The translations under genes and the position numbers were made by a program. Positions 34,980 to 47,657 of a DNA stretch of 64,000 nucleotides are shown here, in pieces (position 1 is the stretch's first letter; each line of letters begins with the position of its first letter). The stretch spans positions 124,001 through 188,000 of the forward strand of contig NW_027117353.1 of assembly GCF_038025025.1 (NCBI RefSeq), in the 5' to 3' direction. The notes beneath the pieces were generated by a model that saw only the letters and a program-made list of their open reading frames with translations, was not told where the DNA came from and searched no databases. The stretch is from Phyllosticta citribraziliensis. Taxonomy: Eukaryota.

Positions 34980-37778
34980 ATGGCCTTCCCTCTGCTGCCT
35001 TCAATTGACCTCAAGAATTACGCCAGTCCTGCGCGGGGCCTCGATCTCAAGGCCTTGTCCTACATTGGTGGGGTTTTTACCAAAGTCACGCCAGAAACGG
35101 TCGACGATGCATTCACGTACTTGCAGCAGACCCTGGGTCTATTCGAGACTCACTTTGACGCCTCCTTGCTTACCGACGTCTCCGACCTCGTCTCCCTCCT
35201 CGACTCCGGCGCGGCCAAAATATTCGTGAGCCTGCCCCAGCTGGCGCAGCTCAAGCAAGTCCCCAACGTCAACTTCGACCGCATCGTGCTCTGTATCTTC
35301 GGACAATCCAAGGAGGAAGTTGTGGATGCCATTTCTGGCACCACGGTTGCCATATACGCTGAGTACGTGCGCGACGTGGACTCGGAGGCGGCGTGGCTGC
35401 ACGAGTATGGAACGGACAGGCCCGAGGTCTTCACCTCGTTTGCGCAGCCCACGCTCGAGCATGTGCTGGCAGTGGCCAAGAATGCGTCCACTCCCATCGT
35501 GCCCGCGGAGCTTCTGACCATTGACCCCAAGGCGGAGCCTGAGCTCCTTCCCGTTGGATCAATTGTATTGGCCAATGCGACGAGCGACAGGACTGATGGA
35601 CTGTTTACGACTCTGGTCACCGATGAGAGGGGCGTAGCACTCGGTCTCGTATACAGCAGCGAGGAGAGTGTACAAGAGAGTCTGCGGACAGGTCGCGGCG
35701 TTTACCAGAGCAGGAAGAGGGGCCTGTGGTACAAGGGCGAGAGCAGTGGAGACGTCCAGGAGCTTGTAAAGGTTTCCCTGGACTGTGATTCCGACTGCCT
35801 CCGCTTTGTCGTCAGGCAAAAGGGCAGAGGTTGGTTTTAACTTGGTCGCGCGCCTTTCTTTCACTAACACGTCAACTAGGTTTCTGCCACCTCGCCACCG
35901 CAACATGCTTCGGTCACTACAAGGGCTTGTCCAAGCTGCAACAGACTCTCCAGAGCCGCAAGGCTTCGGCTCCGGAAGGATCCTACACGGCACGGCTCTT
36001 CAATGACCCACAACTTCTCAAGGCGAAGATCATGGAGGAGGCACAAGAATTGGTCGAGGCCAAGACTCAGCAGGAAGTGGCTTTCGAAGCTGCGGATCTT
36101 TTCTACTTTGCTCTGGCCAAGTGTGTCGCCTCAGGAGTCAGGCTTGAGGACGTGGAGAAAAATCTGGACGCAAAGAGCATCAAGGTCAAGCGGAGAAAGG
36201 GCGATGCGAAGGGACCTTGGGCCGAGAAGCTCGGCGTTGCCAACGGAGCATCCAAGGAGACTGAGGCCAAAGAGCAGGTCAAGGAGGCTGCCTCTATCCC
36301 CAAGAGCAAAGAAGATCCCGCTGGAACGCAGGATGGCCGGATCAAGATGCGGCGAATCGTGACGACTGAGCACACCCCAGAGACGGTCGAAAAGGCCCTT
36401 CAGCGTCCCTCGCAGCGCTCCGCCGACAGAATCCTCGGCATAGTCAACCCCATCATCCAAAATATTCGTGAGCGCGGCGACGCAGCGGTTCTTGAATACA
36501 CTCACAAGTTTGAAAAGGCAACCTCCTTGACCTCTCCTGTGCTCAGGGCACCCTTCCCCCGCAGCATGATGCAACTCCCTCCCGAGACCATCTCTGCCAT
36601 TGACATCTCGTTCGAGAACATTCGCAAGTTCCACGCCGCACAAAAAGACGAGAAGCCACTCCACGTCGAAACGATGCCTGGCGTGGTGTGCTCGCGATTT
36701 GTGCGTCCCATTGAGCGCGTCGGCCTCTACGTCCCTGGTGGCACTGCTGTGCTTCCCTCGACCGCGCTGATGCTCGGCGTGCCGGCCATGGTTGCTGGGT
36801 GCAAGAACATTGTCATCGCAACTCCGCCCCGCGCCGATGGGTCCATTACCCCTGAGGTGGTGTACGCTGCATCCAAGGTTGGCGCTGAGAGTATCGTGCT
36901 GGCCGGCGGTGCTCAAGCCGTTGCTGCAATGGCGTACGGCACCGAAAGCGTCACCAAGGTCGACAAGATCCTCGGACCGGGCAACCAATTCGTCACGGCA
37001 GCCAAGATGATTGTTTCCAACGACACCAGCGCTGGCGTCAGCATCGACATGCCGGCCGGTCCCTCTGAGGTCCTGGTCATTGCCGACTCGTCCGCCAACC
37101 CGGCCTTTGTTGCCAGCGACTTGCTGTCACAGGCCGAGCACGGCGTCGACTCGCAGGTTGTGCTCATTGCCGTTGACCTCAATGAACAGGGGCTTCAGGC
37201 GATTGAGGACGAGCTGCACAAGCAGGCCATGGCGCTGCCCCGCGTGGATATTGTGCGCGGCGCCATCGATCACAGCGTCACGCTCGTCGTCAAGGACATC
37301 GACGAGGCCATGACGCTCAGCAACATGTACGCACCCGAGCACTTGATCCTGCAGGTTAGGGAGGCAGAGAAGGTCGCCGAGCTGGTCTACAACGCTGGTA
37401 GTGTGTTTGTTGGCCCCTGGACCCCTGAGAGTGTGGGCGACTACTCGGCGGGTGTCAACCACAGTTTGCGTAAGTCGCAATTCCTCCCTCAATCACCCAC
37501 TCCACAGTCGACACACGTACACACTTTGTTGCGTCACGTCCCTTTTGCTAACACAATGTGCAGCTACGTACGGCTACGCAAAGCAGTACTCGGGCGTCAA
37601 CCTCGGCTCCTACGTCAAGCACATCACCAGCTCCAACCTGACGGCCGAGGGCCTGCGCAACGTCGGCCAGGCCGTCATGCAGCTGGCCAAGGTCGAGGAG
37701 CTCGAGGCTCACAGGAGGGCCGTTAGCATACGGTTGGCGCAGATGGATCAAGCCGCCGCCGGCGGTAGCGCGGCTTGA
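34980..37778 (+). CDS. HIS4: Trifunctional histidine biosynthesis protein (PRAMP cyclohydrolase / PRATP pyrophosphatase / histidinol dehydrogenase) (introns 35830-35879, 37470-37563)
   Basis: YQSRKRGLWYKGESSG..Q.L..DCDSDCL..G|FCH; EAADLFYF; GLYVPGGTAVLPS; GPGNQFV; DMPAGPSEV; SQAEHG; YAPEHL; GDYSAGVNHSL|PTYG. Confidence 0.97.
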
Positions 37779-38189
37779 GCGCGGCGACGGTTTTTTGGCT
37801 TTGAAGGTTGGCGATCGTCAGGGGTACTGCCGCTTCCTGTCCAAGGAAGGGTCGGCGGGGCTGGCTAGATGCCTACCTATGGTGTCTTGAGTTGAACGAA
37901 GCCATGAAAAGAGTGGAGGCGTGTTGATGTAAGTATGTTGCATAGACAAAAGCGCGGAGGCGAGCGACGAATGGAGTTATCTATTTTGCACCTCTACTAC
38001 GGCAGCAGCAGCACCTGCATCACTCTCTCAACCCGTGTCATCAGACTCACCAAGACAGGACTCGACTCCCTGCGTGGACGCCCAGGTCCGGCACAGCAAT
38101 CCAAATGACTCGCAGCCTTTCGGTTCCTTTCCCTTCCCTTGCCGCTGCCCTGCCCTGCCCTCGCATCGCCTCGCATCGGCCTTCCCGCC

Positions 38190-38217
38190 CGCCTATCTAT
38201 CTGTCTATCTATCTATC
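38190..38217. repeat. (CTAT)n microsatellite
   Basis: cctatctatctgtctatctatctatc. Confidence 0.75.
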
Positions 38218-39000
38218 AAAGCTAAAGCGCCGAACACCCAGAAACTTAATCACCACCACGACCACACGCATTCGCTTGTGACTCGTCCTTCCCGTGCTTG
38301 CTTATAAATGCCGTCACTGTGTGATGTAGGCAGCGCAATCGGTGCAATTGCGTCAGTAGACGAGCGGGCGAGGAGGCGAGCGGGTGGGCGATTATTCCGC
38401 TGCTGCTTGCTCATGTGTGTAGGGCTTTGGGGGAATGCTTCCGCCTACCTATCGACCGACCTGCTGCATGTATCCCACGACAACAGACACTTAGATGCGC
38501 AGGCTGGTACTGGCCGGTTGGCTGAGCGGCTGATCGGTTGGTTTCTCGGTTTCGGTTTGCCAGACGTCTAAGGAAGGTATGTAGCTAAGGCCAGTGAGGC
38601 AGGCATGTAGGCGAGGTACCATGGAGGATACACTGCATTATGGTAAGGTGGGTGCTTCAATGCCCGCCCCGCCGCCCACCCTTCCGCTCGTTCGCGGGCC
38701 GCTGCCCCCCGCCGCTGTAAGGGCGTGGATATGGGAGTATGGATGGATGGATGGATGGGACTGACGTATGTATGTGCGTGCGGCGGTGGGTTCCACATAC
38801 ACAGCCGGAGCGGAGAGTGGTTACAACAATACCTCAAAACATATACTAGAAAGATTTGTCCAAACCGGCCAGCGAGCAAGCTCCCTCGAAACGACAAACT
38901 CCCACCGCAACGCCGTCCACCCACCAACCCAAGCCCGGCCGTTCCAGTTTATGTCTATGCGCGGTATACATGTCTGATATCTTATTGCAAAGCCTGTACC

Positions 39001-39049
39001 CTGCCTGTCCTGTCCTGTCCTATCCTGTCCTGTCCTGCCCCGTCCTGTT
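39001..39049. repeat. (CCTGT)n degenerate pentanucleotide microsatellite
   Basis: cctgtcctgtcctgtcctatcctgtcctgtcctgccccgtcctg. Confidence 0.85.
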
Positions 39050-39337
39050 CTGAACCAGACCAAACCAAAGAAAACGGAGTCCCGAGTCGAAACGTTGGCC
39101 CAATTTGATGCCTGCCTGTGGTGCGCCGGACCCGATGCCGAAAAGAAAGTAACAAACTAATTTGGGAAGGCAAGAAAAGGAGAGGAAACCAAAGGGGGAT
39201 ATCATGGAAATAAAGCTTCGGTGAAGGCAGAGGTGGAGAAGGACGAGGCAACAATGACGAATATCTCGCCGCTGTGGAAAACGTCGACGAGTTTTGAGAA
39301 GGTTTTGAAAGAGGAGTCGGAGGAACTTCAGTTACGG

Positions 39338-41051
39338 TCAAAGTGCCATGAACAATACGTTCCGGGTAATGCCCTCTCTTGATGTGTGCGGCGGCGGACG
39401 TGCAGAGTAGGCTGGGGGCGACCTCGACCTCGACCCGCTCGCATCGCCTTCCCCGCGACTTCCTCTTCGTACATCCGTCGCCGCTACACTCTCAAACGCA
39501 GGTGGAAAAGCCTCGTCAGATATTGTGAAAACGCTTTCGTTGGCGTCTGCCAGCAACGCGGCTTGCGCTTCCACCTCTTCTGCCTCTTCAAGTCTCCTTT
39601 GCAGCGTCACGGCGGCTTCTTCTTCCCGCTGCGCGCGCTCCTCGTTGCCCTCGACGCTACCCGTAGACGAAATCTGGATCGGGACCTTAACCGAGAGCGA
39701 GGTGGTGGCGTTGATGGAGAGGATGAGATCGAGCCGGTACACGCGGGAGATGAGACAGGAGTGAAAGGTTGGGATCCAGGTCTTGTTGACGGGCAGTTGG
39801 AGAGGGACGATGAGCGTGGTCGTGTAGTATGTCGAGCCAGGCGTGTACGTCGAAGATGCCGCAGGATGGCCGGCGGAGCTTTTCGAATTGGTGCTGGAAC
39901 ACGAGCAGCCCGAGTCTCGCCGCACGACGCCTGGAGCACTGGAGTGCTTTTCCCACTGGGCACCGGCCATGCAGCGCGTGGAGAGCGGTACGGCTTCGTA
40001 GTAGATGCCTTGAGAAAAGTCGACAAAGGCGGTGTCGCGATTGGGAAAGTTTGTGCGGGGTGTGGTCGAGTAAAAGGTGGTTGCTCTGAGCTTCGAGGCA
40101 AGGCTGCCGAGTTTGGGAGGCGCACATGTCTCGTCGGCGGGATCAAAGCGAAGCGTGACTTTGGCGGACGAGGTGATTGGACCGTAATCCATGTTGCGTG
40201 GGCCTGGAAGACAAAGGCCGCGAGGCTGTTGAGTTTCCATGACCAACCGTCCAAGCTTACTTTTCAGCATGCCTTTGCGGATAGTCTTTTCCTCGCGCAG
40301 GCGGTAAGAGCTGTCCTTGGGATCCACGGCCAGAGGGGGCTGCTCCTCAAAGGCAGGCTTCACGCGAATCTTCTTGCTGCTCTCGACGATGCAGACGGGC
40401 GGTTCGTCCGTCTGTCGGTCGCGCGTGATGCGGACGTTGATTTTGTACGACACTTTGGCCATTTCGGGGGTGAGATCGTCTAGCAGTTTTCCACCGTAGC
40501 CGGAGACGGAAGAGTCGCCCATACTTGGCGGCAGCTGGAGATGGGCGGCGCGGATCTGGTTGTTGGCAAACCTCTGGCAAGACCGCGGAAGCAGTTGGGC
40601 TGGTATCACAAAGGTAAAGGGAAACTGATAGGTTCGGCCTGCCTCGAGAATTTGGGGGGAGGGCAAATCAAATTGATCAACTGGCTGGCGAAGCTTGAGA
40701 AAAAGGTGCTTTGCATCGGTTCTGGCCGACATTGTCGGTGCCGTGTTGAATTTGTCAACGTAGGCTGCACTTATGCCTGTGATGGATGTGAGCGAGGAAC
40801 TTGGGAATGAGGGCGAGAGAGAGAGAGAGAGAGTACGAACCTAACAAAGAGATTTCGAGCTCGTCGAAGCGGGTATCATTTGGAGCGGTGATGGAAACTT
40901 GACCCTCGATCTTGTCCAGATTGGAGTAGGAAGTCATGTAGGAGCCATGCTCTCCGTTCAGCGAGATGGCGACGGCAGGCTTTCCCTGGATGGATAAGTG
41001 CCTCATCTTGGTGGCGAGCGGGTTGGAGGAAGTCGAGGAGATGGAGGCCAT
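39338..41051 (-). CDS. Arrestin-like (alpha-arrestin/Bul1-type) ubiquitin-ligase adaptor (intron ~40778-40839)
   Basis: YSNLDKIEGQVSI...FDELEISLLG; HLFLKLRQP; YQFPFTFVIP; HLQLPPSMG; PTFHSCLISRVY; C-terminal PPAY (PPxY) motif. Confidence 0.82.
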
Positions 41052-41370
41052 GGCGATGGCGGTTGGAGAGTATAAGGTGCGGCACTGCCCACTGCCACAA
41101 AGGGCCCAAGACACTGGGCACGAGGGGGAAATTCTTGACGGGTGGTGATGGACAGGATGACGACGAGATGGTCCTTGCAGCCTCAGGATATATGTAGAGC
41201 GGAGACTTTTTGTTGATATTTTTTATTCTGGCTGGCAGCAAGGGCGCGGAGCAAGTGATTGACAAGCGCGGCGTCAAATTGAGTCACCGCAGATGGTGGG
41301 TGTACGGATGGGTGCGTCTACATGTGGGTGGTGCTGACAATTGATTGGGGTCCAAGCGCAGGGCGTAGGT

Positions 41371-41444
41371 ATGTCCATGTCCATGACCATGACCATGACC
41401 ATGACCATGTCTGCTCGTCTGACTCTCCCCATGCCCATGCCCAT
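41371..41444. repeat. (CCATGN)n hexanucleotide repeat arrays
   Basis: atgtccatgtccatgaccatgaccatgaccatgaccatgt and cccatgcccatgcccatc. Confidence 0.85.
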
Positions 41445-44082
41445 CCCCGGCTTCTTCCCCAGCCAGAGGAACGCCCACAAACAGTCAGAGGGCGTTCAGA
41501 CGAGTTTCCCGCCCGACATCGCAGCTGACAAAGGAACTCGGCCTGTCCCCCGCATTGCATGGCGCAACCCGCTCTTTGAACGCGTTCCGCTCCCTGTTTT
41601 CGGCCAGATCAAGTCTCTGCTCCAGGACGTTTTCAATACACCAGCGGGCGACGGGCCGACACAGTGGCTGCCGCTCTCGCGTGCGCTTGACGTTGGGGGA
41701 ATGTCCTTGTCCTTGCTTGCCCTTGTCACCAGTAGGGCGCAATGCTGCCCGCCATTCGTCGACCAATGCGCCAATCTGCCTTTCTTTCACGTTCGTCGGG
41801 CTGGGTGCCAACTACTGCCAGTCTACCGAATTTCATGCAGAAAATGTTGCAGTAGTTCGAGACCATCGGCCCTGTCTCCCACGCTACGCGCGCAGACACA
41901 TCAGCCGACTCTGACTGGAGCTGACGGCCCACAAATGTTTCCACGGCCGTGGACCAGACGTCGATGCAATTGCGTTTCTGCGCAAGGCTGAGGAGGCTTG
42001 CACCATGTGCGAATCCTACGACTATCCATCGTCTCTTGACCCGAGAGTCACGGTCCGACAAGGTCCCTCTGCACCTTTCGTTCGGCTGTAAATAATGTCC
42101 CGCCATCTGCTGAAACGTTGCCGACAACATACTTTGGTCCAAGTCTTGTTGTGTGCTCCAGCCCCAACATCACACTGCTAACGGTAGGTCCTGACGATGC
42201 CGACTTACATCTTCCAGCCCGCAGCCTGCCGCCACAGAATCCTGGCCGAATGCCCCAATCGGCACCACGGCTCTGTGGTCCAGCCGCTCATGACGCCTTG
42301 CGCCATTCGAGTTTCGCAAGTGGAGCTCTTTGACGCGTCTTATGAGCAGATGCTGATCGCCATCCTAGGCCAGGCTTTGGTCTTGCAGCAGTGTTCCAGA
42401 AATCCGTTGACTATGGACTCACAGCTGGCCCAAGTCAGCGGTCGGGTTTCGGGTCAAAAGTGTTCGACTGGCGACAACGACTCCGGTGGAACATGGTCTT
42501 GCGGCTCAAATCGTGCAGCTTCAATTTGAGCACAATGGAACGCGACACAATTCCTCGCGAACCGTCTGTTTTGGTGTTCACCATTTCCGTCCTGCTTCTG
42601 GGCCCCGATTTCCAGCGGATACCGCCCTGCTCATGAGACATGCAGGTCAACCCACGGCATGCCGTGTCGGGCATGATGGATGGCTGTCGGGTGAAAGTTG
42701 AACAATTTCTTGGAAGCAGCAAAAGCTCAACACCCAAGGGGCGGTCGAGTTTTGTCGCTGCCAGAGGCACTAGACCTGGTTTGGATGGCTAAGCGAAAGT
42801 CCTGGAGGTCAGGGCGTTGTCGTCTCACCATTTGCACCTGTCTCTGCCTTGCCTGATTCTCATGACACACTCTCGGTCAGAAGGATTCATGGTCGACGCG
42901 GAAAGCGAGTGCAGGCGAAAAGCCTCTCGCCAATCTTTGGGCGGCCCTGTTCTGCGAGCTAATTTCGCGCAGACCTCAACGCAGCCATGCTCTTGTTTGT
43001 GATGCCAACGCCAACGGCCACGGGGACCGCCTGTCGAAAAAACGAAGCCCTGGAAGCGTAGCAAGCAAACTGCTTCAGCCTCCAATCGCACTCCCCCTCG
43101 TCCACTTGGCCAAGAAACCTTTGACGGCCTGTCGTCATTTCATGCGGGTCAATGTCGACGCCCACGAGACGTCAAAGATTTGGTGCCCTTGTCGATCAGA
43201 ACCTTTGCCATATGGTTTGCTTGGTCCAATAATCGACATTGCATAACCGAGTCTAGCACGAAACTGATCTGGATCATCAGGACGGGCTTGCTCTCGCGGG
43301 CATAGCGTAAATACTCTGCGATTTTTCTGTAATTCTCATCTGCCACTCTTTCGCAGTGTGGGACAGCTACACGACGAACGAGTTGCAATGGCGTGCAGAG
43401 AAAATAAAAAATATCGGGCAAATCTCGAGTTCCCTGCCTGGAAGACTCAACATTTTGGGAAAGGCGCGGCGGAGACACGCGGCTGTGTCAGGAATCCCCT
43501 TTGCTTTGACCGCTCCCACCGACTGCTACATTCATGTCGCCTCATCAATTCAATTTTCCTTCTCGAATACGAAATTCCGGCACCGTTGTGGATTCAACTT
43601 GAAGCTGAACGTCATCGTCAGCTTCTCCAAGTCGTGCGCAGGGCTGCTAGCTTTCTTGTCCAAGTCGGGTCAAGGTTACGCTTCCTTGCGCTCCATACGG
43701 GAGCCTGCGAGAAGAGTCTCCACTGCGCCACAGCATTGCCTGAAGTCGCCCCATTCCGCGCGGTGTCTATGCCAGTTCCGCTGCGCATGAAGGAGGCTTG
43801 TCAGACAAAAGTGGAAAAACCACAGTGCAAGTCCACCTCCGCCGTTTCACCAATCTGTTGGAGCCTTGGTCGGGAAAATCATTACTGGGCCCATACAAAC
43901 TCACTCGGTAGTCAGTGGCGTAAAGACAATGGTTCTCCGCCAAAATTGCTCCCTCTTTTGCCTCTCCAGGTTCCTAAACAATTTTTCAACAACTCATCGC
44001 CGCGCTTCCATGAGACAAACACTCAGCGACCGGTCTCTCGCACCTTTTCCTGGTACCAATTCGTCCCACTGTTCCATCCAAC

Positions 44083-44874
44083 ATGACTTCGAGACCTCCG
44101 CCACAAAAAGGCCCCGCTTTCAATCAGGACATGCACAACACCCCCCGGGCATCCTACGTCTCCTTGGCTACGACTGAAGTCAACAGGGGACGTGGCCACC
44201 AGAATGAGCAATATCGAAGTCCACTGTCATCATCTTTATTTCGAGACGATTTTCGAACTCCTGTACTCGATTACACTCTTTCTTGGAATAGATCCTCCAC
44301 TGCATCTACGCGGGAGGGCTATTTTGATCCTCGCTTGGCGCCACCCGCCAACGTGTATGACGTTGGTTCACCATTCTCTCCAGGAGTATACGAGCAGGAT
44401 GTGCAAACGCAAGGCGACGTGGAAACTGATCCTTCAGAAATTCCTGGCACATTGTTTCCGCCTCTATCCAAGGACAAAGCTACAACAGCAACCGCAACAG
44501 CCTCGTCAAAGTCGTCGAAGCCGGCCAAGCGGCGTGTCCCGGTCGTGTCGGGAACTGCAATGGTTCTTGGTGCAGTCTTCATATCTCTCGTAGTTGAAGA
44601 AGTTGTCCTTGGAGCTCTCTGGATCTTCATGTTCTCTTTGCGTTCCCCAGAAGTCTTCTTCCAGGCCTACTTTGGAACGAAAATCCAAAACTTGATTGCT
44701 GCAGTCGTTGTCGCAATGATAGGGCTTGCTCTCCAGGGGCGGTTCTTCAAACAATTGACTCAGGATCAATTAACTCTTCAATTGTGGAGTTTCCTCTTGA
44801 TCTTTACGACATACCTCGCTGCATCAATTGCTGCGGGTGCGATCAAAAAGATCATGCAACAAGCTCCTCCTTGA
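44083..44874 (+). CDS. Hypothetical membrane protein (about 3 C-terminal TM helices)
   Basis: 263-aa ATG ORF with a disordered N-terminus and three long hydrophobic segments; no family recognised. Confidence 0.55.
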   Translation: MTSRPPPQKGPAFNQDMHNTPRASYVSLATTEVNRGRGHQNEQYRSPLSSSLFRDDFRTPVLDYTLSWNRSSTASTREGYFDPRLAPPANVYDVGSPFSPGVYEQDVQTQGDVETDPSEIPGTLFPPLSKDKATTATATASSKSSKPAKRRVPVVSGTAMVLGAVFISLVVEEVVLGALWIFMFSLRSPEVFFQAYFGTKIQNLIAAVVVAMIGLALQGRFFKQLTQDQLTLQLWSFLLIFTTYLAASIAAGAIKKIMQQAPP

Positions 44875-46520
44875 ACACGTTGGGATTGTCTAGGTTTCAC
44901 ACAAAAGCTGAGGCGATACACCCGAGGCACATGCGTGTCCAATCCCGTGGCCAGAGCATCAGATCATGCGATGGACAAGGCGAAACACAACCAGGTCCAG
45001 TTACAATTGCACCAGAACAACGCCCACTATTTTGCAAAAAAGGACCCGCGGCAGTCGCTCCTGCACGAGGAAAAGTTCACTCCTTCGCTCCGAATATCCC
45101 ACGATCCCTCATCAAACACTTGCTGCCAATGATTGGCCGACTTTTACAATTGCCGACGCCGGGCATCTCATTCTTCAACATCAATCCGAGCCCACATTCT
45201 CACACGGGGATAAGCGCCACCATGACGTTGAAAACTGCGAAACTACACTACACCGAGCACACCATTGAATCAGCATATCCGGCCACTGTCAGTGGCTGTA
45301 GATTAGACGCAACATACTGGGCAGCCTTGAATGCTCCTTGGCGCAAGACTTAATGCAATGCAAGAGAGACAGCATCAAGAAGAAAATTACATATGCAGCG
45401 TCTTGACTTTCAGTTTCCATGCCTCCAGCGCAATGTGCCCACGGCCCACCCAACGGGACACCCACTTTTCCCAGATGGCTATTCAAGGCCCTGCATCTGC
45501 AAGAGAGGTCTGAAACGCAACTGACCACGCCGCATGGCAGCCCGCACAATGCGAAACCCGTTGACCATCATGTTGAACCACCTGACGGCAAGCCACAAAT
45601 AGCTCGGCGTGCTAAGGGGCCCACAGGGCGCTTGCGGAGGCGCGCACAGTGGGCAGAACAAGCCCTGGTGGCAGGCTTGGCTCCGGTGTAAGCTTTTGGC
45701 CAGACGCACAAGATGCGCTCGGCATCTGCTCGCCCAGGGCCCGGTGACGCCATGATAGAGACGATCTACAGATCGCCGTCGAGTGGCACGGACGGGGAGT
45801 TCTCCACTCGCCCACAAATTGGGCGATCGTGGGACTGCACGCGTCGATGGTTTGGCCAAAGCGCTTTCTGTGGGATAAAGACCTGCTCGCCCTGGATTGA
45901 TCCGGCTCGCTAGAAAGATTCCGCGTCCGAGCCAGCGCCATGACACGAAAAGCACGCAGAATAGACATCGTTGACTGTGGAGTAAAAGGTTAAGCGCTTT
46001 GGTGGTTCGTAGCGCACATGATTGGCCGGAGTGCTAAGTGGTTGCAGGGTTTGCTGACGTTCGGCCGGCGCGTAGGCGCATCCAACTCGCCCAACCGCAA
46101 CACCACCCCATCTCAACCTCGACCGTGTCGGCCCATACCCCAATGGCGCGCGCAATGGCAGGCAGGGCTGTGCCTCAGCACGAGTCGAGTTCATGCCGAT
46201 GCTTTTCGTGTTTCCCAGGACCGGTCTGCCTCCGGCCAAAGTAAAACTCGGCCCGCTGGTCCTGTACGCTGCTTTTCTTTTTGTACCCCAATGTCTGCGC
46301 TGGCTAGGCTGCGCTACATATTCCTGCCTGCAGCATTTGTGTAGCCTGTCTGCCTGCTCGGACAGCCTTGTCGAAGTGCTTGTCTTCACCCCAGCCTTTC
46401 CTTCTTCTTCGTCGTCGTCCTTTTGAAACACCACGAGGAGCCGTTTTTGCCAATACTCTACAATTCAACCACTGCTCGTCTCTTCCTGTCCAATCGATCC
46501 TATCAGACTAGAGAGCCAAC

Positions 46521-47657
46521 ATGACTGCGTCGTCGAATCGTGGCGGGACGCCAAATCAGCAACCACACCACCGCCACAACCAGCACCCCCAACTGCGTCT
46601 GCCCCTCTCACACCACGGGCTGCCGCGCGCGCCAACATCGCCTTCAAGCAGCTTCTCCTCGCGATCCAACCGCTACGAGGCCCTCAGCAACCCGCACAGC
46701 TCAGCCTCATCATCAGCAACCACCACGCCCACCTTTAACCCCCACGCCGGGCCCAAACACCAACACAACCCGTCCATCGCCTCATCCTCGTCGGCATCTA
46801 CGCAGATCAACGCATCGACGGTGGCGGCAGATGCCTCGCAGCGCGCCGCCTCCTTCTTCCGCTACTCGCGCACGGGTGACGCCCCGCCCTCGCCGCCAAT
46901 GACGCCGTTCTCGCCGTCGGCCTTCCCCAGCGAGGCCAGCACGCCCATGGTCCTATCGCCTGCGCTGCCGCCACAGACGGCCGCCTCCGACGACAGCGCC
47001 ACCCAGTGCTGTGCCCACTGTCGGCATTGCGGCGGCTCGGTGTCGGAGGCGGCAGGCCCGCAGCAACACCAGCAGCTGCAGATGCGTAGTCGCAGCGTCG
47101 AGGACGTGCCGAGCCCGGTGCGCCGCCATGCCAGCACGCGCAGCCTCAAGCACGCCGAGTCGTCAGTGTCGTCGTCGTCGTCGGCGTCGGTGGAACCGCC
47201 CTTGGTGGGCGCGGCGGGGAAAGTCAAGAGGCAGCAGGAGCGGTCGCACTCGCGGGAGGGCAGCAAGGGGGTGGACAGGGGGAGACCCGAGGCCAGGGGG
47301 TCAGATGGGCCGGACGCCAGCACATGCGTCGGCGGTGGCGGCGGCAGCGGCGCCAGAGCCGATGAGCCGAAAACGGATAAGGGTGTCGCAGCTGCACCGG
47401 TACTGCCACCGTCATCGTCATCATTATCTTCTTCGTCGTCTTTTTCTCGCATGGGCAAGCGGATCAAAGCGGCGCTGGGCGGCCCGAAGAAGGGCGCCGC
47501 CGCCGCCGCTGCTGTGCCGTCCGGCGTGCGGTATACCGGGATGGATGGAGCAGCGGAGAGGAAAATGGCGAAGAAAAGGGAGAAGGAGAGGGAGAGGGAG
47601 AGAGATGCGCTCGTGGAGGTGGAAGAAGTGGGCGACGTGCATTGGACGGAGATGTGA
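46521..47657 (+). CDS. Hypothetical low-complexity, probably disordered protein ending in HWTEM
   Basis: 378-aa ATG ORF with strong GC3 bias, Ser/Pro tracts, CCAHCRHC and a Lys/Glu-rich C-terminus. Confidence 0.6.
   Translation: MTASSNRGGTPNQQPHHRHNQHPQLRLPLSHHGLPRAPTSPSSSFSSRSNRYEALSNPHSSASSSATTTPTFNPHAGPKHQHNPSIASSSSASTQINASTVAADASQRAASFFRYSRTGDAPPSPPMTPFSPSAFPSEASTPMVLSPALPPQTAASDDSATQCCAHCRHCGGSVSEAAGPQQHQQLQMRSRSVEDVPSPVRRHASTRSLKHAESSVSSSSSASVEPPLVGAAGKVKRQQERSHSREGSKGVDRGRPEARGSDGPDASTCVGGGGGSGARADEPKTDKGVAAAPVLPPSSSSLSSSSSFSRMGKRIKAALGGPKKGAAAAAAVPSGVRYTGMDGAAERKMAKKREKERERERDALVEVEEVGDVHWTEM

Noticed and set aside
41284..41560. His/Gly- or Met/Thr-repeat peptides (GHGHGH, MTMTMT) in short ORFs
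   Set aside because: Translations of a (CCATGN)n microsatellite in several frames, with no coding context
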